Part shown: piece after piece, positions 11,611 to 23,950 of the stretch
Numbering within the stretch: the first letter of the stretch is position 1
Layout of the letters: each line of letters opens with the position of its first letter
Source of the DNA: Octopus vulgaris
Taxonomy: Eukaryota
Reading direction: 5' to 3'
DNA length: 64,000 nt
Assembly: GCA_951406725.2 (NCBI GenBank)
Contig: OX597814.1
Coordinates: 102,548,001 to 102,612,000 of the forward strand
The notes under the pieces: model-generated
What the model was told of the DNA's origin: nothing
What the model saw: only the letters and a program-made list of their open reading frames with translations
Database searches by the model: none
Position numbers and translations under genes: made by a program

Positions 11611-14606
11611 TTTTCTGATTCCACCTCAATAATATGAAGTTGTCAGATCCTAGGATCTTGAGCCATAACAATTGACCAAGACTTCTATAGAAGAGGGGTA
11701 AGTGTTGAAAGATTAATAAGGATAATGTATTAACTTCTCTAGGTCTAGTTAGGTTACTCTTTTATTTCACTCTTGAGTGTTATGCAGTAGAGAGGACACT
11801 TACATATGCTGGATTTGATTTAGTCAATTTTAATTTAATATTAATAATTATTTTTACTTTTGATCATGCATTTAAAATTTTTTAAATAAAACACTAGTTA
11901 CAAATTTATAATGTGGAAAATAAATTACTGTTTTTTTTTTTATTTATTTATTACTGATCTAATTTTACCTATTCCGTACTGATTTAATTTTACATATTCT
12001 AATTGAAGCTTTGAAAAAATAATTTTTTTTCATTCTGAGCTTATGAAATTATGACTAATTCTATTTAGCAACCTAAAAATATTTACTTGCAAATAGTTTT
12101 CAGGGTGGAGTGGGGGGAATGTAGATTAAATTTACATAACAACACTAATCTTATTTTTGCAATGAAATTCTCTGTAATTTTTTTTTTTTTTTTTTGGTCA
12201 TATCTAGATATTGAGGTTGATGTAGGTTTATTTTTAGTAATCTGTTATCTCTCAGAATTTATATCCATTGCTGAACTTAATATTTGCATATTCTATATGT
12301 ACATACAAACATTTTATATTTACTATTCAATTACTCAATACAGTCATCAGCTTCATTTTACAACCATTTTTCCATATGCTAGATGGACCAGTATGGTCCA
12401 AGTCAGATACTATAGAGTTTTACTGCCCTCTTATGTGGGTCAGGAACTACAACTTTTATATACCATTTTTGGCATGGTTTCTATGGCTGGATAACCTTTT
12501 CCCCAGCCATTTTACAGGGTGGATAGAATACATCTTCTCCTGGCATTGATACTAAGTCTTGTGCAATTCCCTGATTTGTCAGCTGTCAAAAATCCAACCC
12601 ATGCAAGCATGGAAAACAGACTTTAATTAATGATGGTGATGATGATGATTTTCTATGTATCAGTTGGGTGGGTCTTCTCCAGCACTTAGTGTTGTCCTTT
12701 CTTATCTCTTAAGATCAGTCTTCACTCTTTCTTCTGTCTTTCTTCTTTGGCCTCCTGCTTCCCCAGGTTCTATGCACCTGAAGGACTAGCACTTCCTTAC
12801 ACAACTGAGTTCTTCATTAGGCATTACATCTTCATACTAGTGCAGTTTTCTCTCGTCTTCCATACTGATTTTGATCCCACTGATATCACCTCATTTATAT
12901 CCCTACCATTCTTTTTATACATTGATTGTAGCATATTTACCTCACTTTTTAATAGTCTTTGCATACCTTCCACATTCAAAGCTCACTACATTTCATGCCT
13001 CTAACATTGCACTTCTTGCACAAGCCTCATTACAATCTACCCTTTACTCTGAAAGAGATGCCCTTTGCTATCTGCAGAGGTAATAGTTCCCTGAACTTTT
13101 ATTTTAGTAATTATGCATATGGAGCGCCATGCTCCACTGCTAATTAGGTCACCTTAGTAAGGAAAGTTATCAATTGCTTCTTGGGAGCCTTCCAAGCATT
13201 TGAAGGAATTTCTCATGCACTTTTACTGTGTAATTACTTTTGTATATATTTAACATACAAAGTCTACTCTTGCACATCCATAGTTTACCCTGGGTACACC
13301 ATGTAATATTCCCACAGATTTTACACCTGAAATGTTATGTATTTATAGTTATGCTAGCAGTGTTTATTTTTGCATTAAATAATAGGTCTTGTTTTAACTA
13401 ACGAAGGTGATATTGCTTAACAATGTAATACTTTTATTTCTTGCCAGCCTAAAATCTAAAAAACAAAACTACTAGTATAAGTAGACCATGGGAGTAGTAG
13501 TTAGATTACTTTTGAAATAATACTGGATTGGTATGTATGGCTGCATGTGTTTTAGACTTATTCAACCCACATTAACTTGGAGAAACAAGCTTTAAAATAA
13601 TGACAATAAGCTTATAATAATTTAAAATAACAACAATTATGTCTTTAAAGAATTTTTTTTTTTTTTTTCAATAACTGCGACTTTGTTTTCCCTATTTGTG
13701 ACACAGTCATTTTCCTCTCTTCAGATTATTTATGACTGTTTTTTCAGATTCTTTTTAAAGTTTCTTTTTTTGTTATCATAAATAGTAATGTACCATTATA
13801 GTTTCATTAATTTGGTTTGCTGCTTTAAGATTTATTGTTACTTTAGGTTTCTTTTGTTTTCATAAAGTTTTATATCTCAGAAGTTAGTAACTTCATCATA
13901 TCATATATGGCATTTATTTCTGTATTATTGTATGGTTTTTTTCCTTCATCCTGACCTAACATAGTTTATTCTTAGAAAGTGTAGCCTTGAATTTACATGG
14001 CATCTTCAAATTAAATCTGACACAGACTCTATGACTTATTCCTACTGACAAATAGTAGATTTAATCAAATTCAACAACTGTTTACCCATTTCAGGAGATC
14101 AGCCATTAAGTTTGTATGACCTTCATCATACCACATTTTGAATTAAGTTAACTGAAGACTATCTATTCATCAACTACTTTATCACATCTGCCATAGCTAT
14201 TTATAAATGCAACTGTTCGCACTGCATTTCAATTGTATCTACTGGAGCAAACCCTCTTTCAAACAAATTATTCTTTCAGCCTGTCTTGAAACCTGTTTAT
14301 CCAAACATTCTTATTGTTGCCATATATACTCCTCTTCTAGCTCCCTTACTGTGTAATCATTCTGTACCATATTTCCACCTCAGTTAACTATTAGCTTCCT
14401 CTCCTTGTTTATTTTCATTGAATACTTGAAGCAGAATAAAGCTTTTCCAACTTTATTCTTTCAATTGGACTTTATAAAGAAATAGCCTCTATCAACACCA
14501 TCTTTGTAACTCAATCCATTGCAACTAGCACTCTTTGTTTATTTTTCTTCACTTTTCATGTTGCTTTTTAGTAACAAAATACACTGATTCACATAACTGG
14601 AAAGAC

Positions 14607-14639
<33 letters not shown>

Positions 14640-14756
14640 CATAAACTAAATGGTATCTTCTTTAAGGCAACTAGTTAACAATGTTTTGTATTTATTTATT
14701 TTACTGTGGGTCCTTTATTTTTGATTTGGAAAGTTTTAATTGTGTAATGTAAAAAT

Positions 14757-14885
14757 TGATTTCAAATTTTGGCACAAGGCCGCCAATTTCGGAGTTGGGA
14801 GTAAGTCGATTACATCAACCCCAGTGCTCAACTGGTACTTGTTTTATCTGCCCCAAAAGGATGAAAGACAAAGTCAACCCTGAGG
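14757..14885 (-). mobile_element. Family C SINE 3' part
   Basis: TTTCAAATTTTGGCACAAGGCC...GTCGATTACATCAACCCCAGTGCTCAACTGGTACTTG...AAAGGATGAAAGACAAAGTCAACC. Confidence 0.75.
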
Positions 14886-15204
14886 GAATATGTAAAGAGT
14901 TGCAACTAATTTCTGTCACAAGCATGACACTCTCCTTAACAAAGACATTTCATTTGCTGGTTCAAGATTGATCCTAGGCAACAAAAGGACATTGCATACT
15001 GAGAAGTGGTACATTACTTATCACATCCTTTGATAGACCAGTATATAATGTGCCAGGAATCTGTTTTATTATATCCTCTCTTGGATCTTTTTATAAGAAT
15101 AAATTATTCAGTTGTATTTCTGACAGGCTTTTGGGATGTCAACAAGGTTATGGAGGCATTAAGTTTAGATAATGGCCAAAGACATAAAGTGGTATTAAAG
15201 GTGC

Positions 15205-15625
15205 CGGCTTGGCTGTGTGGCAACAAGTTTGCTTTCTGACCACATGCTTTTGGGTTCAGTCCCACTGTGTGACACCTTGGGCAAACGTCTTCTACTATAG
15301 CCCTAGGTCAACCAAAGTTTTATGAGCAGATCTGGTAGATGGAGACTGAAAGAAGACTATTGTGTGCATGTAAGTGTGTTACTGTCTCCTTGCTTTAGCA
15401 TCATGTGATAGTTGTAAGCAAGTGTCACCATTATGCAAGTTGTGTCCATCTTTTCCTATCTTCCATGTAAACATGTCTAGGATCATAGGGGAATACTTTA
15501 TTTGAAAATCTGTGAAGGTTGCTGACAAGAAGAGCATCTGGCTGTAGAAAATCTGCCTCAACATTTCATTCCTACCCATGTGAGTATGGAAAAGTGGACA
15601 TTAAAACAATAGGGAATGATGATAT
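15205..15625 (+). mobile_element. Family A SINE, tail type 2 (near full length)
   Basis: A box TGGCTGTGTGG, B box GGTTCAGTCCC, tail CCCATGTGAGTATGGAAAAGTGGACATTAAAAC...GATGAT. Confidence 0.8.
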
Positions 15626-16082
15626 ACTAAATATATGTTTTAGAATTAAACTACCCTGGGATTAGATATAAAGTAATTAAACATTTTCCTTCAGTCATCC
15701 AGTTTAAAAGAAAATAATTTTGCTGTAAGTATGAAGTATATCTGACCAGCTATTTCTCACATTGCTACATCCTGGCCACACTAATTGCTATCCCAAGTTT
15801 GTGCAGAATCATATGCCTTCACCCAGTTAATATTCTCTCAAATTGTGCTTCTCATCGTTTGGCTTATGTACTCTGAAGCCTCTTGAAATATGCTACATTT
15901 TTCATAACCTTGTAAAAATAATTGAATTTAATTAGACAATTAAATCAAATTAAATTTGAGATAAAGAAGGCAGTAGTGGTAGTAGTTGATTTTAGGTCTG
16001 GTAACTTCTATGTGAATGGTCAACCTAGAAATAGCAGGCAAGTCCTCATCAAATCGCTTCTCTCCATCTAGAAAAATAAATA

Positions 16083-16419
16083 AGCCTCGTCTGGCACCTG
16101 TGTCGGTGACACATAAGAAAACACCATCCGAGCGTGGCCGTCAGCCAGCCTCGTCTGGCACCTGTGTCGGTGGCACATAAAAAACACCATCCGAGCGTGG
16201 CCGTCTGCCAGCCTCGTCTGGCACCTGTGTCGGTGACACATAAAATCACCCACTACACTCTCGGAGTGGTTGGCGTTAGGAAGGGCATCCAGCTGTAGAA
16301 ACACTGCCAGATCTGACTGGCCTGGTGCAGCCTTCGGGCTTGCCAGACCCCAGTTGAACCGTCCAACCCATGCTAGCATGGAAAGCGGACGTTAAACGAT
16401 GATGATGATGATGATGATG
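16083..16419 (+). mobile_element. Young family B SINE-like retroposon with ~64-bp internal tandem repeats and (GAT)n tail
   Basis: GCCTCGTCTGGCACCTGTGTCGGTG occurs three times at ~64-bp spacing, CpGs are retained, and it ends GGACGTTAAAC(GAT)n. It interrupts a family F repeat (CTAGAAATAGCAG...AAGAGACAGGATTG). Confidence 0.85.
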
Positions 16420-16839
16420 AGTGATGCAGTTCTGTAAACTGTTTTTGTAAAAGAGACAGGATTGTTATAGCTAAGAACACTCAAACAAGGTTGACTTGTG
16501 GTTATACAGCATCAACCAAGTTTATTTTTGTCAAAAGTAACTTAGTTTTCCTAACAATGTGCTTCAAATTAGCATATTTAATGTTTTAAATCAAGAAAAA
16601 CATAACTCTTATTTTTTTAAATAATGATGTGGGCGTGTTGTACAGAGAAGTATGTTTTCATAAATATACTATGAATACAAAACATTTAAACATCACTGTT
16701 TATTTAACTATTAACCCTTTTGATATCAGTATGTCTGAGACCACCCTTGGTTCTATGATACAAATTTTTTGCTTTAAAATTCTCTAAATTAAAATCTTTC
16801 ATTAAAATTTCATGTTTATGCTCCAAACACAAGCTTAAC

Positions 16840-17045
16840 AATCCTTTCTACTAATAGGTACAAGGCCTGAAGTTTTGTGGGGGTGGGGGTGTTAGTTTGT
16901 TACATCAACCCCAGTATTCAATTGGTGCTTATTTTTTCCAACCCCAAAAAGTATGAAAGGCAAAGTCTGCTTTGGCGAAATTTGAACTGAGAACATAGAG
17001 ATGGACAAAATGCTATGCTAACAATTCTGACAGCTCACAGCCTTA
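16840..17045 (-). mobile_element. Family C SINE nested in MITE E
   Basis: AATCCTTTCTACT...ACAAGGCCTGAAG...GAAAGGCAAAGTC...AATTTGAACTGAGAAC...TTCTGACAGCTCACAGCCTT. Confidence 0.75.
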
Positions 17046-17094
17046 AAAACCAATTTTGTAATAATAAAATTGTTAACTTCATTATATCCAAAGT

Positions 17095-17481
17095 TGTGGA
17101 GGCGCAATGGCCCAGTGGTTGGGGCAGCGAACTCGCAGTCGTAGGATCGCGGTTTTGATTCCCAGACCAGGCGTTGTGAATGTTTATTGAGCGAAAACAC
17201 CTAAAGCTCCACGAGGCTCCAGCAAGGATGGTGGTGATCCCTGCTGTACTCTTTCACCACAACTTTCTCTCACTCTTACTTCCTGTTTCTGTTGTACCTG
17301 TATTTCAAAGGGCCGACCTTGTCACTCTCTGTGTCACGCTGAATATCCCCGAGAACTACGTTATGGGTACACGTGTCTGTGGAGTGCTCAGCCACTTACA
17401 CCTTAATTTCACAAGCAGGCTGTTCCGTTGATCGGATCAACCGGAACCCTCGTCGTCGTAACCAACGGAGTGCTTCCATCC
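17095..17481 (+). mobile_element. Young full-length tRNA-derived SINE with target-site duplication
   Basis: A box TGGCCCAGTGG, B-box-like GGTTTTGATTCC, CpG-rich, flanked by ATATCCAAA direct repeats (17084-17092 and 17482-17490). Confidence 0.8.
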
Positions 17482-19671
17482 ATATCCAAAAGTAATTGAA
17501 ATAAAGGCAGTATATTTCAACAGAAATATGGTAACAAAAAGGGTAAAAGTAGATTTCCCTGCAGTTCTCATTGTCCTTCGATAACACATTATAGAGAAAT
17601 ACTTAAATTCACAGATCAGTGTTTTCAAAGTTTAAGTTTCTTTACACAATAATAGTTTTATTGTAAATTTTGTTTTACCATAATTTTTTTTTTTCTATAA
17701 ATTTAAAATCAGTTTCACTTAACTACTCTTACATGGTTTAGTCTTCTAATTAGGCTGTATATTTCTTTAAAATATTTAATTTAAAAAGTTACATTCTACA
17801 ATTGAATACTAAAGTATATTAATATGGATACTAAAGTTATATTTTCTCTGAAATATTACATTAAAAGAATACCTGATATTTTTTTTAACTATCTAAAATG
17901 TTGTTCAATAAAATAAGCTGTTATTTTTTTGAAACATTTTTTCATAATTTTACTTATTTATTGTTAAGTATTGTTAATTTCTTCTCATAGTACACAGTTT
18001 CTATCAGTATTTATGAAGCATGTCCATTAAGTATACTTTGTTCAATATACAAGTTGCTGATTATTAAAATTATTAAAGTGTTTAATGGTTATCAAAACAC
18101 AGTTCTGTTCATATTATATTAGCAACTTGAAGTGCATAAGGAAAAATAAATCAAATATTCTAGGTCAGGACAATAACAATGTTTTCAGCGATGCCTTGTG
18201 TGTGTGTGTGTGTGTGTGTATTAGTGAATCATGGTGTAGGCAGCTGGAGAAAGTGCTTGCCGATCCTTTCTATGGTACCAACTTCACAAAAACTTGTTTC
18301 CTAATGATACTACTGTTCTCCACTCCTAGTCTTAGTTGAAGTTTTATAGCCTGTTCATTGGTAGGATTTAGATAGTATACTCACTATCTTTAAAATTGTA
18401 CTTTTATTTTATTTTCCTAGCTTATCTTATTCGATAATGTGACTCACTAGTTAATTCACTTCCCTTGTAGTATATATATCTTGAATAGTATCCCCTCAAA
18501 ATATGTCACAATCATCTTGCTTGCATGATTCATTTGTAATGTATCTCTATAATCGGTTTCCTTCTCCTTCAAAGAATATGAGTATTTTAGAACATTGTTG
18601 AAGAAATCATGCTGAGTATTACTCTTAACCTAAGCCTTTTGCTGTATTCTACTGTACCATGCTAATAAATATTTCTTAATGCAAGACATTTAAACTTAAG
18701 CTATAACAATGATAACTTTAACTTTATAGACAATACACACTTCTTAAAAAAAAATAAAGCATCTTACCCCATGCATGCACTCAAACATACCCCACATAAA
18801 AACACACAGCTACACATTTTTATTATATTTTTCATTGATCTTTGGTTGGTTGTAGTCTCCAGATAGATAATCTTCACATTTTATAGATTTTTATTTATTT
18901 TCCAACATTAAATTTTAAGTAATTAGTGGAAAGCATCTTGACTGACATTTTTCCATAGGGTATCTCCATTGCTATTGATGTTTCAGAAACTATTCTATCA
19001 TGTTGCATTAAGCTACTTAATCAGATTTCAAGAAAATTAAAACTCATCTTATTAATTATTTTTTCTTTCTAAACATTAATAGATAGATTTTTCAAACTTG
19101 AAATTCTGATACTATTCAAGATGACCTTTCTCAGTCAGGAAACGGTCCCAATATCACTGAATAAATTTTGGGGGCACATTTAATATTTCAAAATTGTTTT
19201 TGTTTACTTCATTTTTACCATGCTAGCATTGGTTTGAAGGGCACAATTTAAAGCAGCATTTTATGGTTAGATGCTCTTCCTGTCATCAACATGTACTTGT
19301 TTTTAAGTACAGCATTTTTTTTTTCACCAAAAGCTCAATAACTGGTGGTATTTTCAATGCTTGTGCACATTTATTCAAGTTCATACCTTCACATGTCAGT
19401 AGGCTTTGTGAGGTTGAGGGAGGGTAGTGTTGATTTTAGTTTATTTTTGTGGTATTGTTTTTGGTTCTACAGTTGATTGCATTTGAATTATAATTAGACA
19501 TAACACAGAAAAAATTATTTCTATGTTAAGTTTTGTAAATAAATGAATAAATGGCATTAATTTGATTAAGTCAAATCATTTTTGCTTTTCATCACTTGAT
19601 ATACCTTGAAAAATATTACATCACCAACTGATGTGTATCATTTGTTGTATAATAAAATGAAGAAAGGTAAA

Positions 19672-19929
19672 GGCTGTTTAGCATTAAATATCCTCACAAC
19701 TTCAAACAGTTTATACATTAGCATTATCAGCCCAAATATTCTACCTGCTTTATGTTCAAACTAGTCCGGTCCAGCATGTCACACCTATCCTACAATGTCA
19801 TTCTAAAAATAAGCAATCACACCATTGAAATCTCATCTCAAAGCTACTAGATAATGTTTAATTAATTCAAGACCATGTGAATAATTAAGCATTATATTTG
19901 ACAATGTAATCTGAATGTTGAAGGGTTAA
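19672..19929 (+). mobile_element. MITE family D
   Basis: Interior CCCAAATATTCTACCTGCTTTATGTTCAAACT...TACAATGTCATTCTAAAAAT, right end TCTGAATGTTGAAGGGTTAA. The left end is degraded. Confidence 0.7.
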
Positions 19930-20293
19930 AACCAATTTTGTTACTGTGAAATTTATGCCATTTATGGATATTTTCCCCCCTCAAGTTCTTCACACAGGAT
20001 TTATGTATAATGATAAATATGCTATGTAATGCTACTTAGATGTATGTAAGGTGAGATGAAATTAGTATTCATGATTTTGAAATCCTTATGTACAAGAAAT
20101 GCAATCTGCTGAACGGCCAAAGGTCTCAAATAAAAATTATGTTGTATGTTAAGGATTTCTCATCAATGTCTTTTTTAAAATTGTTCTGCTGATTTCCACT
20201 TCTTTTGTGATGTTATAACTGCTCGTTATTGTCTTAGTGGGTATCGAGTGGCTAAAAATATTTTTTTTTGAGTACTTTTTTTCATTTTTTCAG

Positions 20294-20311
20294 CCTAAAT
20301 CACAAACTTTG
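20294..20311 (+). other. Candidate 18-nt microexon
   Basis: Long T tract + CAG acceptor (20291-20293), then CCTAAATCACAAACTTTG, then consensus donor G|GTAAGT. Length is divisible by 3. Confidence 0.4.
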
Positions 20312-20520
20312 GTAAGTTTAAATAAATTCACTGCTTAAGTGTCACTGTGTTGCACTAGCCATAAAACTAGTTTGACAATATGCTTATAGTTATGTTCTAT
20401 AGTCTGATAATGTTTAGTGCACCTTTGTGTTAGTACTATTACAACTGGAAAATTAGTTGCATTATGAAGATATCCCTTGGGATTGTCCTTTTGAAACTAC
20501 TGGAGACAATATGTCAGTAT

Positions 20521-20569
<49 letters not shown>

Positions 20570-20671
20570 TTCCTTTTATGTCAAGTAATATATAAAAACA
20601 ATTTAGCATTAAAGAATTGCTCAATATTATTAAACTTTCACAAGAAGAAGAATGAGAGTGACTTCAAAATA

Positions 20672-20706
20672 TTCACCTGATGAAGGCTAGCAAGTTGAAA
20701 CTTAAA
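20672..20706 (+). ncRNA. Degenerate minimal hammerhead ribozyme motif (probable Penelope-like terminal repeat relic)
   Basis: CTGATGA-A-GGCT-AGCA-AGTT-GAAAC: core motifs with a weakened stem II. The surrounding ~175 bp lies between (TA)n(TG)n and (CA)n tracts. Confidence 0.4.
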
Positions 20707-22338
20707 AAACTGCCACTCCACTTCTTGTAAAAGTTAAAATGTGTACACACACACGCACTTTATTTGTGGGTTAACAAAGTGACCAATGGTTTCATGTGAA
20801 GAGATCTTCACAATTGTTGCACATGTTGGTACTTGTCTCCATTTTGAATGACTATATTTATCCACCAATGCATTGTTGAGCACTCATTCTCACTGTTTGA
20901 TATTACCATATATATACACACAATTCTATTTTATTGATTCATGGGCTCAGCCATGTGACTTTAAGTTAAAATTGAGCAATTGTCCTAGTTTAGTATATAG
21001 CCAACATGAATGCTCATTAATTATATTTCGTATAATATAACTGCTTATCTAATATTTTGTAATTTTGGTAAATTACCTTATTCTATAAAAACCTATATTA
21101 TTCAGGTCTCAAAAATCAATGGAAACAACTAATTTTAAGAAATTTCTCTTTCTATATATTTAAAAAAAAATTAAATGAATAAATAAATAAGATGCAGGTG
21201 GGAAAGCAAGTCTTTCTTTAGTCTTCATACCAAATATTGATTGGATGATATTCTTAATCGAAAACATTCTTTTTGGATGTTTTTTTAATTTTTATAGGAC
21301 TTAAGATATGAATTGAAAAGAATGTTGGTACATTGATGTTTGCAGATTTAGCTATGTCTTCAGTAGAATTTTGCTGGGAAGAACTTTATGAAATCCAGCC
21401 TTAAAAGGAAATAGGAAAAAAATTTCCTTACATTGCTGTCGCACAAACACACATACACACACACACACATGCAACTTTGGAAGTAGCCTCTTTATTTTGT
21501 ACTTCTTTAATGAAGTAATCAAGCTCTTGTTTCAAAATCTATGAAGCAGCATTATAAAAACAGGTTAGTTGCTATTTAACGTAAGATACGAAGATGTTAA
21601 GAACAGATCTAATGACTAATTTAGCTAATATATTCTAACCTCACTTCAGGTGGGATTTTTTTAATATTGGATTTCCTTCACTTGCTAGCTCACTCATGTA
21701 CTCTCTCTAAAAATACTAGTAATATCGTAAGTCCAGTCCACTGTTTACAGAGGTTGGTGCTGGGAAAGAACCTTAGCTGTAAAAAGAAACTTTGGATTAT
21801 TATCATCATCATCAGATCCAAAAGCATATTATTTAAAATTCTGTAAAATAAAATACAAAGTCTGAATCATAATGAATAAAGTATGTATATGTATGTATAC
21901 ACACACTTTCTTTAAAATGTTGGTCCTTTCTTCTTTGTAATATAAAATTGGCAGAACAATTGGCCTGGTCATCTTAAAGAGGTTGAGTGGGAAAAGAACT
22001 TCTAATTTCTTTTTTCTTGCACACCTTTATTCTTAAAAAAAAACTTATATTTTACCTTAGTCATTTAATTCCCACCATACATACATCTAGCATTTCCTGT
22101 TGAACATAAACAGCTTTATAATGTTTGTTTTTGCACCCTATTTACATATTGTCAATGGTTGTTACTGTTTTTGTTTTTCTTTTCATTAACATTTTATCTT
22201 AATATTTAGTTTCCAGACACATTTTATTTTCACTGATTTAGTATTTAGGCTATTTGCCATGGAGATTTGATAATTCACTTAATTCAGATTTATTTGTCTC
22301 TTCTGGTGGGCCATACAATCTCTCTCTTTTTTTTTCTT

Positions 22339-22500
<162 letters not shown>

Positions 22501-22649
22501 TCATACTTACACAAGCTTGACATTGGATTAGGCAATAATCACATTTCTAAATTGACTGACTATTCAAGTGTGAAGTAGAGTTTCTATGGGAACTAGCAGT
22601 ATACGGAAAATATTCATCTTATATTGTGGATACACTTTTTGGATATAAT

Positions 22650-22880
22650 ATTTCTTTATTGCCCACAGAGAGCTAAACATAGAGGTGACAAACAGGGACG
22701 GACAAAGGGTTTAAGTCGATTACATTGACCTGAGTGAATAACTGGTACTTATTTAATTGAGCCCAAAAGGATGAAAGGCAAGGTCGACCTCAGCAGAATT
22801 TGAACTCAGAACGTAACAGCAGACAAAATACCGCTAAGCATTTCGCCCGGCATGCTAACAATTCTGCCAGTTCACTTCCT
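22650..22880 (-). mobile_element. Family C SINE (variant tail)
   Basis: GTCGATTACATTGACC...GGATGAAAGGCAAGGTCGACCTCAGCAGAATTTGAACTCAGAACG...CGCTAAGCATTTCGCCCGGCATGCTAACAATTCTGCCAG. Confidence 0.8.
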
Positions 22881-23000
22881 TTTTTTTGGGATATAATATT
22901 GTCATCATCTCATAACCAAACATTACATAGAACATACTGAAAGTAAGGAGGATCTGGTTCTTTTATAAACCCATAAGGATTTGGTTAGATCATCTTACTT

Positions 23001-23569
23001 AAAACCCTTTAGCATTTAAACTGGCCATATCCAGCCAAAATATTCTAGCTATTTTATGTTCAAACTAGCCAGCTCTGGTCTCTCACACCAACCTTACAAA
23101 ATCATTCTAAAAATTAAGATACCTCATCAAAATCTCGAAGCTACCAGATAATGCATAATTAATTCAAAACGTGATTAAATAAGCATTACTTTTAACAGCA
23201 CGATGGTTCAATGGTTTGAGCATTGGGCTCACAATCATGAGGTAGTGAGTTTGATTCCCAGTCTGGGCTGTGTGTTGTGTTCTTAAGCAAAACACTTTAT
23301 TTCATGTTGCTCCAGTTCACTCAGCTGTAAAAATGAGTTGTGACATCACTGGTACCAAGCTGTATCGGGCTTTGCTCTTCCCTTGGATAACATCGCTGGT
23401 GTGGAGAGGGGAGGATGGTATGCATGGGTGACTGCTGGTCTTCCAAAAACAAACTTGCTCGGACTTGTGCCTTGGAAGGTAACTTTCTAGGTGCAATCCC
23501 ATGGTCATTCATGACCAACAATGGTCTTTATCCTTTTACTTTTAACAAATGTAAATGCTAAAGAGTTAA
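23001..23569 (+). mobile_element. MITE family D interrupted by a family G SINE
   Basis: AACCCTTTAGCATT...AATGCTAAAGAGTTAA termini. The interior is split by the insertion at 23198-23535. Confidence 0.8.
23198..23535 (+). mobile_element. Full-length family G tRNA-headed SINE with 12-bp target-site duplication
   Basis: TTACTTTTAACA repeated at 23186-23197 and 23536-23547. A-box-like TGGTTCAATGG, B-box-like GAGTTTGATTCC. Confidence 0.85.
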
Positions 23570-23754
23570 ATTATACTTTGAGAAATTCCAGAATAGCTGA
23601 GTTATATGGTGAGTTGCTTAAGCATTTGGATTTTGGGAATACTCTCAAAGGCAAATTAGTGTAATGTAGCTCATCATTCTCTTAGCTATGTGCCAACAGG
23701 ACTTGAATCCAATACAGACCATTTTTACGGTGTTACCATTTGCTAACAAGGAAA

Positions 23755-23950
23755 CCACTATGTAGCTTGTCAGTTTACTAGAAATAGCAACCAAGTCTTC
23801 CTCAGATTACACCTAATTGTCTCAAAAAAAAAAAAAAGAGGACAGACTTGGAGAATGTAGTTATGGATATACTAATACTAAAGTCACTACTAAAACATCT
23901 TTGGTCATAAATTCTGCTGGATCAGAGCTAATCCAGGTTAAGCAGCAATG
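23755..23950 (+). repeat. Unclassified interspersed repeat family F
   Basis: CTAGAAATAGCAACCAAGTCTTCCTCAGATTACACC...GTCTCAAAAA...GGTCATAAATTCTGCT. Related copies near 2470-2650(-), 8200-8350(-), 16020, 36825-37020(-), 40990-41130 and 41690-42120. Confidence 0.55.

Larger units (their letters stand above)
16712..17546 (+). mobile_element. MITE family E carrying two nested SINE insertions
   Basis: Left end TTAACCCTTTTGATA, right end TGGTAACAAAAAGGGTAAA. Contains a family C SINE (~16840-17045) and a tRNA-headed SINE (17095-17481). Confidence 0.7.

Noticed and set aside
12087-13147. Cluster of 60-135 aa ORFs
   Set aside because: They have Phe/Ile/Tyr-rich composition typical of AT-rich non-coding DNA, overlap SINE fragments, often use non-ATG starts, and show no domain motifs.
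16083-16250. Regularly spaced repeats resembling a CRISPR array (also 1159-1275)
   Set aside because: The inter-repeat sequences are themselves repeated rather than unique spacers, there are no cas genes, the context is eukaryotic, and the repeats are internal to a retroposon.
17095-17175. tRNA gene
   Set aside because: A and B boxes are present, but the sequence continues into a SINE body with a TSD and I could not fold a complete cloverleaf. The same applies to other SINE heads.
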